From Lytechinus pictus (lineage: Eukaryota): a stretch of 64,000 nt of DNA. Made by a program: the position numbers and the translations under genes. Positions within the stretch are counted from its first letter, which is position 1, and every line of letters begins with the position of its first letter. Below the pieces are notes generated by a model. It worked only from the letters and a program-made list of their open reading frames with translations, did no database searches and was not told the origin of the DNA. Below are positions 53,801 to 64,000 of the stretch, one piece after another. The DNA is taken from positions 37,698,001 through 37,762,000 of the forward strand of contig NC_087245.1 of assembly GCF_037042905.1 (NCBI RefSeq). Direction: 5' to 3'.

Positions 53801-56800
53801 TGTTCATTAATAACTTTGGAATAATTTTTGTATTCACTAGAGCGCTCAAAAACTTGAATTTTGGGCATATTTTTGTGTACGCCCTCTATTGGTGGAAAAT
53901 AATATGGCAAGAAAATTTTCATTTTTTAATCTCTATTTTTAATTAAGAAAAAATAATTTAAAGAATCAAATTTACTTAAGGGACAAGTTGTATGAAGAAT
54001 AGGTGTAATGGAAACTGTCAGTGTAAAAAAATCAAGCATTTGTCCGAAAGAAAAAGAGAAAATAAGCCAAACATTGCCATCCTTATTTTGCCACACATGG
54101 AGATATAACTGAGAACAAGGTTATATCATATCCTTGTTCATTGAATGAGTACGTCCATATATCTATAAGAGACACATGTACACAAAGATGGATTTCCCTA
54201 GAGGAAATCCATAGAGGGTGAAATGGGTTTGTATTGTCGAATTTTATTTATCTATGAACCTTCAGGCGCCTAATGCGTATAAAGGGATAAAAATTATTTC
54301 ACTATAAATGGTAAAAATGAGACGTTTCTTACCAGACCCAATCTCCCGTAGATCCCTCGATCCTTTTGTCAACAAAGCAAAGACAATAGACCTGACCCTT
54401 GAACCGCTTCGTGATGACGTACATCCGACTAGCAATGCCCTTTTGAAGAACAATTTATAGATAAAAATTATTATTCACAAATACTGAAATTTAATACGTG
54501 ATTATAAATAATTAGTAGTATGTACTAATTATTCTTCATACGCATTAGGCGCCTGAAGGTTCATAGATCAATAAAATTTGACAATACAAACCGATTTCCC
54601 CCTTTAAAGTATGGATTTCCTAGGGAAATCAAGTCTGATTTGCACGCACAAAAGTTTTGAACATGCTCAAAACTTTGTTGCGGGCGATTTGCTGGTAATC
54701 ACCCGCAAGGCTAGCACAGAACGATGTGACAGTGCCCTAAGCCCCCCCCCCCCACACTGTTTCCAAATCCAAGGTCCTGTCTTGGCTGTCAAAATGTTTC
54801 CTTGGTCTTGTATAACAGACTCAGCACTGGTAATAAGCCAGTTCACGGTTAGCTCATGATCAACTTTTCTCCAATGACCTTTGTGATTTTTCATTAGGAT
54901 AAGCACTATCATTTTCAAATGTAGATGTTGCGTTAGCTTTACCAATAGAGTATTCAAATTCTAAGAACAAAAGGCATTGTATAGACCAGGTGACTAGAAT
55001 AGTACATCAGGGATAAAGTTTCAAAATCTGTTTTATTGTCTGCCTTTGGCACATTTGAATATTGTTTAGGCTACTGTCAAATACTAGTGATTATGAAGGC
55101 TCTATTTATTACTCTCCAGCTTGGACGTGATAAATATTTTGAAAGGAATACATGAATAATCATCATATCACAAATGCCTATGTCAGTGAATTTGAAAGCC
55201 ACCTTCATGGTTGTCTCCAATGACCTTTTTCTGCTCGTGCGCAGTGTACAACCGTGAACAGGCTTATTGTACTGAACCAAACACTTGCTCAGGAACCAGC
55301 CTCAATCAGAATCTCTGTTATAAGTTAAACTCCTTGCTTGGCAAGGGTACCCCCGCCCTGCTAAAAATTAATGATACAAAAGTACCGGTATATGGATAGC
55401 GGCTAGCCAATGTTATAAATGATAGCACCAAAATCCATTTTTGTGCAAATGTTGGGGTTTTGGGTAGCCCTTGTATGTAGTGAGTGATGGTAATACCGAC
55501 CAGCATTTTATTACCAAATGTGCCCATTGACATGTCAAACAATAGTTTCGCTTGACTTTGCATCATTCTTCTGTAGGGAATTTAAAATTGGATTGCTAAA
55601 AAGAGCACAAATTGTCTTTGTTTCACAATGTTGCTGATTGTTTATTTTGGTTATTGTCCATTATTAATTTATTATTTTAATGAAGACACGCATTCGTTCC
55701 TTTTTGTGACACTGGCTTGCATTTGTACAAGTGCTGCTACGTGAATTAAAAAAAATCAGTGGTTTGAAATGATATGAAATTTATGAAAAGTTAGGTAATA
55801 TGATCCTCTGTGCAAAAGTAAAGGGTTTTGGCTTGTGGCACTGGCTGGCATTTATATACAAGTTTCCGAATGTACCCCTGTTAAAAATAAAATTAAGGGC
55901 TTGAAATTATGTCATGGATATTCATTATTGGCCAAGGGAATATAATTTTTCAGAATTAGAAATTTGCATAACAAGAAAAGTAAGAGTCAAATGTTTTATC
56001 TTCCCTAATTTCATTTGCATATAATTTTAAGTGCGCTTTTGCTTCTTTGAGTTTACTTCATTCATTTTAACTTGTTGTAGAGAGGTCAAGATGGCCTTAA
56101 AGAAGTTGATAAACCATGATGGGATGATATCTGATGATTAAACTAAGGTTTAACCCTAGTCTATACTAGAATTTTAAACCATACTTCTATGGAATGCTTG
56201 GCTTCTTGATAATTGTCTTAAATTTAATAATAATGATAATACATGAGATTTGTATAGCGCACTTTCCATCTTGATTAAATGCTCAAGGCACTTCAGAGCA
56301 GAACAACAAAAACTATTTACATACCGGTATAATACATGTCTGAACAATAAGTCAATGTCTATAAAGAAAAAAACTCTCTTAAACAGGTATGTTTTCAGGT
56401 TGCCCTTGAAGGTGGTCACTGAAGTCTGGGTTTTCAATCTCTGTGGAAGAGAATTCCACAGGATAGGCCCTGCGTGAGCAAAGGCACGTGGCAATTGTAA
56501 TGTATCAACAAATATTTTAAAATTGGTAATATTTTTGTACTTTCCTATTTACATTTCACAACTCAATTTTTTTGACAACTTTTTGCAGCTGGACAAGAAT
56601 ATTTTATTTGATTGGTGAATGAGTTGACAACTGGCATTCCATAATAGTGTGGTCTAAGTTAAAACCAGTTTAAACGAAACCATGGCAATCAAGAATACAA
56701 CCTGGTGTGAATGGTTTTATCTTATACAGTGAAGGTTGGTGGTATGAGGATACCGGGAAAGGTCCACCCAGAAAAAGCCACCAAAGAACCGGAAGTTGAA

Positions 56801-59661
56801 GATGAGGAATATGAGGAGACAACAGGAAAGAGGTTTGGAAATTTATTGTTTTTATCCTGCATACTTAATGTGATTGGTTAACATTGGTTTGACTTAAAAA
56901 AATCTGAGCTAGAAGGTCACACTTGTCACCTGTGTCTGTGATATGTTACAAAAATGAAGCCCAGAAAAAATTGCGTTCGAAAAATAATTATTTAGTGCTT
57001 CAAAAATTGAAATATAAAGTGACCGAAAACACCATCTTAATTTCATCCCATACACTTATGTGTACTATTACAAAATCGGGGTTTGTCTTGTAGTTTTAGC
57101 TTTTCATTCTCAATAATGGTTGTTTTCAGGGTTTATTAGTTCTAATACATGCACTTGTACTCATGTTTCATCTTGGTTTGAGAATTTTTTAAATCGGCTG
57201 CTCACAAAGTTAAACAATACCTTTAATATAATGAAGACCTGGTGGAGGGGAGAGGTGTCACTTTGAGCACTTCATGGTCTGTATTTTGAAGTCGTGTTTA
57301 ATTGAGACCACGGTCTATAACCGAGTGTTCAAATTATGGGAAGCCAAAAATGTCAAAATTTTGTTTACATTGTGTGTTTCATATGTTTACTGAGTGCTTT
57401 CATTGGCAAAGAATTCTAATTCAGTTATTATTCCCGGACAATTATGAATGGCCTTATGAGATGAGTTTATCTAATCTATTATTGTTGTTAGAGATTTATG
57501 TCACGGGGAACATGCCAGCAATACAGGATTAATTTTTTGATCTACTTTATATGTAATCTGCCTGAGCTTACAAACTACCATTTTGTACTTTGAAGGGGCC
57601 CCCATGTCTATGCACATAAAATTGGACTGAATGTTCTACGATCAATCGCTAACCTTTGTGTAACGGGCCCCTGGTGGAGGGGAGAGGTGTCACTTTGAGC
57701 ACTTCATGGTCTGTATTTTGAAGTCGTGTTTAATTGAGACCATGGTCTATAACCGAGTGTTCAAATTATGGGAAGCCAAAAATGTCAAAATTTTGTTTAC
57801 ATTGTGTGTTTCATATGTTTACTGAGTGCTTTCATTGGCAAAGAATTCTAATTCAGTTATTATTCCCGGACAATTATGAATGGCCTTATGAGATGAGTTT
57901 TTCTAATCTATTATTGTTGTTAGAGATTTATGTCACGGGGAACATGCCAGCAATACAGGATTAATTTTTTGATCTACTTAATATGTAATCGGCCTGAGCT
58001 TACAAACTACCATTTTGTACTATGAAGGGGGCCCCCCATGTCTATGCACATAAAATTGGACTGAAGATTAAACATGAATTTGTTAAACATTCCACAAAAG
58101 TGTCATTCAATATTATTTCTTGGAGTAGATGTGCCAAAACTCATTTAAATAACAAACAGTCTTATTTCTTGCGATTTTTATGGAAAAAAATGATAGTTAC
58201 CAATATCTGAGCACTCATTCATTTACACTTGTCTTGGGTTTTGATGCAGTTTGATTCCCATTGAATTGAGTGCCTGAAATTAAAAATTTTTCATCTTTTT
58301 TTCCCACCTTTTTTCTACTCCTTTTTTTTCATCCCTAAACATGGCAAATGTTGAAGCCATTGTATGAACACAATAATTTGCTTCAGAATTTGTAATTTAT
58401 AATTTGGAAGGCTAGTGAGTTTTATTTCAATCTTATTTGTATGATAGCTGAAACTGTGTCCATGAAATTGCTGAGAAGGATAACACTTATAAACAGCTGT
58501 TTCTATGAGTACGTCTAAAAGGGTCGTGCTGTGCAAACATTGATTCTGGCTTGTCCAAGTGTCATTGGAAATAATCTTCTGTAATCAGCCTGGCCTTTAT
58601 GAATGGGGTTTACAAGGGCCCTCTGAATTTACCTCAGGACATTTTTTACATAAAGTCAATTTCTGTTTGATATGCAATGTAAAATATTAAATTTTGAATG
58701 CCCTTTCATTAACTCTCAGTGACCATACTCTTTAATTCATCTGTATGCCCCATAGAGCATATGCACACGGTGATACACACAAGGGGAAAGGGACCCCCCC
58801 CCCACACAATTTTTTAAAAACACACTCTTATTCCGAATGTTTACCCCAAAACAATTATTCAAAGTGTGCAACAAATCTCTCAATTTTACTTTTAAGAAAA
58901 TGCCATTGTTATGACGAAATTATGCCAGTCACTTCTCTTTATTGGTTTTATGTAATTTTGAACGTGTTTAAATCCTTCTCATGAAAACATGCCTGTGTAT
59001 GGTCATGATTGTGCACAAGAAAAACGGGGTGATTATTAGGGCTAAAAAAATTATGATGATACCCTCATCCAACTGACCATAAAATGGGGAAAACAGGGTC
59101 GCTATTTCAATAAATTTGTTAGCACTTACAGAACCACACACACTATACAATGTACAAAATTCTACAAATGCAATGTTTTAATGAGAAAATGTCAGATTGT
59201 GGACAAGAATTTACTCAAGTTTGTATTCTGTAGCTTCAGTGCACTTAAATTGGTGTTTTGAAGTCCTGCATAAATATATCATCCCGTGCGTGATTTATTT
59301 GTGCAGCGCAGCAGCGGAGATGAAAAAAAATCTACCAACCGAATTAACTTTCAAATTTTGGACTCATGAGGGCAACATCATTTTTTTATGCCTTATGCAG
59401 AAAGGGAAGTGGAAATTGATATCATTAATAAATATTACCTGACAATGCATTCATCTCATTCGCTGTTTTTTTTATCTGTCTTTTGAATACAGCCCTCCAT
59501 CGAATGAGACAAGGGTATTGATATCTGGAGCCCCATCACATGGTAACAAGGACTTCCCACCGGAAGCCATCAAACAGTTCCACGAGAAACCGGTGCCAAC
59601 TCACCAGAAGAACGTATCCACTAAACCCATCAAAGTGGTTCAACAGCCGAGGAAGAATTAG
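43870..59661 (+). CDS. DAP: Death-associated protein 1 (DAP/DAPL1 family), 3 coding exons, 106 aa
   Basis: Exons 43870-43918, 56730-56832, 59493-59661 (phases 1 and 2 consistent, 321 nt). Translation MSSPGKPDLKGGHAPAVKVGGMRIPGKVHPEKATKEPEVEDEEYEETTGKSPPSNETRVLISGAPSHGNKDFPPEAIKQFHEKPVPTHQKNVSTKPIKVVQQPRKN carries the family motifs KGGHxPAVKxGGMRI, ISG...GxKDFPP, HEKPxP and terminal QQPRK. Not present in the ORF track. Confidence 0.93.
46843..48107. mobile_element. TTAA-target MITE (Kolobok-like), interrupted
   Basis: TTAA|agggatggtccgggctgaaa ... tttcagcccggaccatccct|TTAA. Confidence 0.85.
47282..47955. mobile_element. hAT-like MITE with 8-bp TSD
   Basis: TIR cagaggcgtcgatc / gatcgacgcccctg; TSD tcatgacg at 47274-47281 and 47956-47963. 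Confidence 0.85.
51172..51410. mobile_element. hAT-like MITE inside the right foldback arm
   Basis: TSD aattgaag at 51164-51171 and 51411-51418; ends caggagcatacgcagg / cctgcgtacgccacca. Confidence 0.75.
53201..53691. mobile_element. Palindromic DNA element, TAACCCA ends, 9-bp TSD (related to 39201-39777)
   Basis: TSD gactatggc at 53192-53200 and 53692-53700; near-perfect internal palindrome centred near 53435. Confidence 0.85.
54188..54630. mobile_element. Palindromic element with hairpin-like ends
   Basis: About 100-bp inverted arms (tctatgaaccttcaggcgcctaatgcgtat); both ends carry ggatttcc(c)tag(a/g)ggaaatc dyads. Confidence 0.65.
56226..56492 (-). mobile_element. 5'-truncated L2/CR1-type LINE 3' end
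   Basis: RAFAHAGPILWNSLPQRLKTQTSVTTFKGNLKTYLF fits the L2-clade ORF2 C-terminal pattern; 3' end agcgctatacaaat followed by an (ATT)n-like tail. Confidence 0.8.
56869..57222. mobile_element. TTAA-target MITE, inverted copy of 14970-15347
   Basis: TTAA on both flanks; near-identical to the GORASP intron 2 copy apart from a short internal deletion. Confidence 0.85.
57238..58063. repeat. Recent tandem duplication, 432-bp period
   Basis: Copies start cctggtggagggg at 57238 and 57670; the near-identical spurious ORFs at 57302 and 57734 are offset by 432. Confidence 0.92.
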
Positions 59662-61137
59662 GATAGCGTCAACAGCAAAGCAAAACAAGTGCAAATATGA
59701 GATTTGGTCTGTGCTTTGGACCCCATTTGTGGGGAGATTTTCAATGGCGAGTAGTCATCTTGATTTGAGGGTATTTGTTCAGAAAGTGATTCTTTGAAAG
59801 GTGACCTGCATGATGCCTTGGAATGAAACAAGAATTATTGATTTTAACAAATTATGCTGAAATATCAGAAACAAAACAAATCATTAACATTTATCGATAT
59901 AGTTTGGAGGAATATTTTTAAGATACCTGGTTATTTTTTATTTAGTTAGTGTCAAACACACTTGATGAAGCCATTTGATGGTTTGAAAAGAATTTGATTC
60001 TTATTTTGAATATTGGAAATTCCATATCTTTTAAATCATGATGGGTAAGTACTAGGAGTGCTAATTGTAGAAATAAAATGAACCAAAATGAATCAAGAAT
60101 ATAGTAGGATGAAGACAAAATAAATCTTTATCTTCTACACATTTTTTTTCCTTTCTTGTTATGTGGAATGCAATGTAAAACTGTCTTTAAGTGCAATTAA
60201 GTTTTTTCAGGAATTGTGAAATATGTAGACTCTAGTGACTATGCACAATTCAAAATGGCCGATCACACCAATCATCACAGCCCATGATATTTTGATGACT
60301 TAAAAATATTTAGAGACAACTCAAAGAAACCTTGACCAATGATTTCCTCGTAATTCTTAATTTTTATTGATTTGCCTAATGTTAGGCATTTTTATAATGT
60401 ATTCAAAATTATCCAATAATATGGCAGAAGGCGTGTAAAGGCATATAAAAGCTGAAACAGTCATTAAGACTTTAATGTTAGAAGTATTAACATTTTCTGT
60501 TAGGAAAATTCAAAATCAACTTTCATTATTGATCTTTTTTTATGATTGAGATTAGATGAAAGAAGTTGGATAAATCGATATTGGAAGATAAACAGGTATT
60601 GAAGTTTTTAGTACGTCAGACATTCTATGCCAAGACTGTATCACATCTTTGTGTGAAATAACGAATGAAAGCTGAAAAAGCATGACAAAATCTCGGACTT
60701 ATTTGATAGAGTATTTACTCAGTTTCAGATCAACAAGAGGGAGTTTTCACTCCACGACGCATGACAAATTCTAGAACATAGAAAATGTATTGTCAAATGC
60801 CCTTCATGACAATGAACAACCGAGAAGTCTTTGTCGAAAATTGGTGAATCAAACAATGTCCTTGGACAATACTGCTGTTCTGGTTCACCAATGTACGACA
60901 AAGACCTACCAGCTGTTCTTTGTCATTCAATTTCAATACATTTACTGTGTTCTTGAATCTGTTGTTTATTTTGAATTGCGAACTCCATAATTTCTCTTAC
61001 TGCCAACACTGGATATAAATATTTAATCAAACTATTTCTTTCTTTGTTGAACAACCCCTGAAATAACACATTCATAAAGTTGACACATCCTCTGCTTATT
61101 ATGAAGCAAATACCGACTTAAGGGATTTTTACGCCTG

Positions 61138-62380
61138 GGGGCCGTTTCATAAAGCTATTCGTTAGTTAAGAGCGACTTTAAGAACGACTGGTGAACCTTA
61201 TGCGCTAAACCATCGCCAATGAATATTTTGGTGCATACCATTTACCACAAGAAAGGATCACCAGTCACTCTTAACTTACGAACAGCTTTATGAAACACCA
61301 ACCTAGGAGGTCAGGTGTTTCATAAAACTCTTCTTAAGTTATGAGTGACTTTACGAACGACCTGTGATTCTTCTCCTTAGGAGCTATCTCAACATCAGTG
61401 AAAATTTGGTGTTTATCATTTCCCACAAGAAAGGATCATCAGTCATTTGTAAAGTTGCTTGTAACTCTTAATGATAAAAATCACCCACTGGAGTTCCTAT
61501 CTACATCCAGGTGTGTGTTTCATAAAGCTGTTCGTAAGTTAAGAGCGACTGTAAGAATGACTGGGGATCCTTTCTTACGCTCTAAATAATCACCAATGAA
61601 CATTAATGGTGAATATCATTTACCACAAGAAAGGATCACCAGTCGTTCCTAAAGTCACTCTTAACTTCCGAACAGCTTTATGAAACGGGGCCCAGGGCCC
61701 CGTTTCATAACGCTGTTCGGAAGTTGGTGAGGGCTGGTGCCCTCCTACCTGCTTCGCCATTCACCAACAATTATGAACAGCTTTATGAAACACAGGTGGG
61801 TGTTTCATTGAGCTGTTTGTAAAGTTACGCATGACTTTATGCACGACTGGAACATGTTCTCAGGTGCCAATTCAACATATCACTTTTTTTTAATAGCACA
61901 AGAATGGGTCACCAGTCTGGTATGAAGTCATTTGTAACCTACAAACAGTTTTATGAAATGCCAACCAGGGGGCCTTTCATAAAGCTGTCGTAAATTTGAT
62001 TTCAAGAATTGCCATTCGTTAATACACAATTATTTCTTGACATGAAAATGGATTCAATCATAAAATGGCTTTCCATACACTATCTTGCATCGTTGGCTTA
62101 ATCATTTGTAAAGCTTTTCGTAAGTTAAGAGCGACTTTAAGAACGACTGGTGATTCTTATGGTAAATGATTTTCACCATTAAATGTTCATTGGTGATTAT
62201 TTAGCACGTAAGAAAGGTTCACCAGTCGTTATTAAAGTCACTCTTAACTTATGAAAAGCTTTATGAAAAGCTTTATGAATGATTAAGCCAACGATGTGGG
62301 AGGGCGTTATATGATTGAATCCATTTTCATGATGTCAAGAAATAATTGGGTATTAACGAATGGCAGTTCTTGAAATCAAG
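61138..62380. mobile_element. Array of about 6-7 related Harbinger-like MITEs (gtttcataaagctgttcgtaagtt family)
   Basis: Repeated gtttcataaagct ... agctttatgaaac units joined end to end; a single copy lies at about 35070-35230. Confidence 0.8.
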
Positions 62381-63384
62381 ATGTAGAATTGAATGATACA
62401 AAGGTTTGCAATATATGCATGGCTAAATCATCCAGGTTTTAATTGATATTCATAAATTTTGATCATGTGACACAAGTATAATTTTACTTCATTCAACTGG
62501 AAAAATGAAATTATCATGTTTATAAGTATGATAACTTTTGTCATGATTGACCAAATGACAGTAGTAAGATTTATTTCATAATCTACATGTAGTGTAGACA
62601 ACTAGGTGAATTTCTTCCTTCTTTTTCATCCGTATTGGTTTTTTTGTTTGCTATCATCACTTAATTATTGAGTACTTAATTTGTTTTAAAGCCTCTGGGA
62701 TCAGATTTGTAGGAAAAAAACTTACATGCATAAAAAATTGCTCATTTACAACATCTGAATTATGAATTGATTTTGGATCTTTAAAATGTCGTTTATTTGT
62801 TCCTTTAAAAAAGAAAATGCATGCAAGTCTTCTTTTCTTAACGCTGAATTTCCATCTGGATAAGCTAATTTTATTCCAGCATTTGTATACAAAATCTTCA
62901 TAAGGATTTTTTTTGTTTTGTTTTGGTAACATTATTGTTCTGCATGCTGTTTTACTTTTTTATTGTTATTGATCACAGTCAAATGACTAAAAAAATTGAA
63001 TAAATTTGTTACAATATGTAATTTTTCAGAAAAAAATCAATTTTAGTAACTGACATGTATTTTATTCTATTTTACTTTGAAATTCTTGCCTGTGTATGTT
63101 AATACATGATTGCGAATCTAAGATCATTTTACTATTATTATATTCACTCTTTTTTCTCTTTAAGAGCTAGTGATGTCTAGTGATTCCATTTGAAGTTTAT
63201 TAAAGTTTATTAATCATACAATGAGTGGGTAGTATTTATGCTTCTCTTATCATTCCTCTTATATCGCAAAATATAATGAAATGCTTAGAATAATTAACAA
63301 TGATAGCATTTATAGGGTGTTGCAAGGCTTATGCATGGACTAACTAATGAATTATATCACAATAGTATCCATGGTAAAATACTA

Positions 63385-63527
63385 ATACCTCGGTCACATT
63401 TACTCTATGGCGGCCGTACGGCGAGTCGAAAACAGCCGTTTTAACATTTTTTGTACCAGCTATACATGGGTGGTTTGAATAAAACTGCTGTTTTCGACTC
63501 GCCATAGATCAAATGTGACCGAGGAAT
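63385..63527. mobile_element. Small palindromic MITE
   Basis: cctcggtcacattt...ggcgagtcgaaaacagc / gctgttttcgactcgcc...aaatgtgaccgagg. Confidence 0.7.
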
Positions 63528-64000
63528 AAACCAAAAATTCAAAACATTTTTTACCTGGTTTATATCATTTTTTGCCCATTATGAACCAAGCTAAACAAGG
63601 GTAAATGCTGTAATGACATGACATCTGTGTCAATGTGGGTCAAAAGTCATTGAAGGTAAATTGTTCCGACCAGCCTGCAAGAATGGTTACCAAGGGGGCA
63701 AGTCATTGTTGTTATCACCTATAATGTAGAATATATACACCCTTCCCTTCCATCGCCTGATTCTGAGCTCATTAAAACTTATTTTTGAAATAAATATAAC
63801 TTATGATTTTATGTATAATGGGTATATACTATATGATAAAAGATATATGACTAAACGTTTTATGTACATGTATAATGGGTATATCGAATAAGAGAGATGA
63901 TTATCGTATCTATTATTTTGTTGGTAGTCTTTTGGATAGCAAAATGAAATTCTTCCGTCTGGATTATTTACTGTAATAGGTTACATCTAACTTTACTCCT

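Noticed and set aside
56174..56494. 106-aa ORF as a gene
   Set aside because: It is the truncated C-terminus of a LINE ORF2 read through into the 3' UTR.
57302..57964. Duplicated 76-aa ORF pair
   Set aside because: They start at non-ATG codons, lie in a decayed MITE within an intronic tandem duplication, and show no protein motif.

Overview
AT-rich, repeat-dense animal genomic DNA. The gene set and repeat style suggest an invertebrate deuterostome such as a sea urchin (inference only). Three complete spliced genes were reconstructed by hand, with GT-AG introns and consistent phases: GORASP (GRASP55/65-like; + strand, 8 exons, 8859-22085, 482 aa), CWC25 (- strand, 10 exons, 40584-30461, 507 aa) and DAP/DAP1 (+ strand, 3 exons, 43870-59661, 106 aa). 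CWC25 and DAP are head-to-head; GORASP and CWC25 are tail-to-tail. Introns and intergenic DNA are packed with non-autonomous DNA transposons, tRNA-derived SINEs, an L2-type LINE 3' end and satellites. Most notable: (1) a 348-bp near-perfect palindrome of two outward-facing tRNA-like units, one an intact 72-nt cloverleaf with a UCA (UGA-reading) anticodon and a T6 terminator; (2) an 8.7-kb foldback element with 1.7-2.1 kb modular arms in DAP intron 1, holding a four-level nest of insertions; (3) two palindromic elements with TAACCCA...TGGGTTA ends and 9-bp TSDs; (4) a 110-bp minisatellite enclosed by inverted repeats. No transposase ORF was recognised, and most ORFs in the supplied track are spurious.
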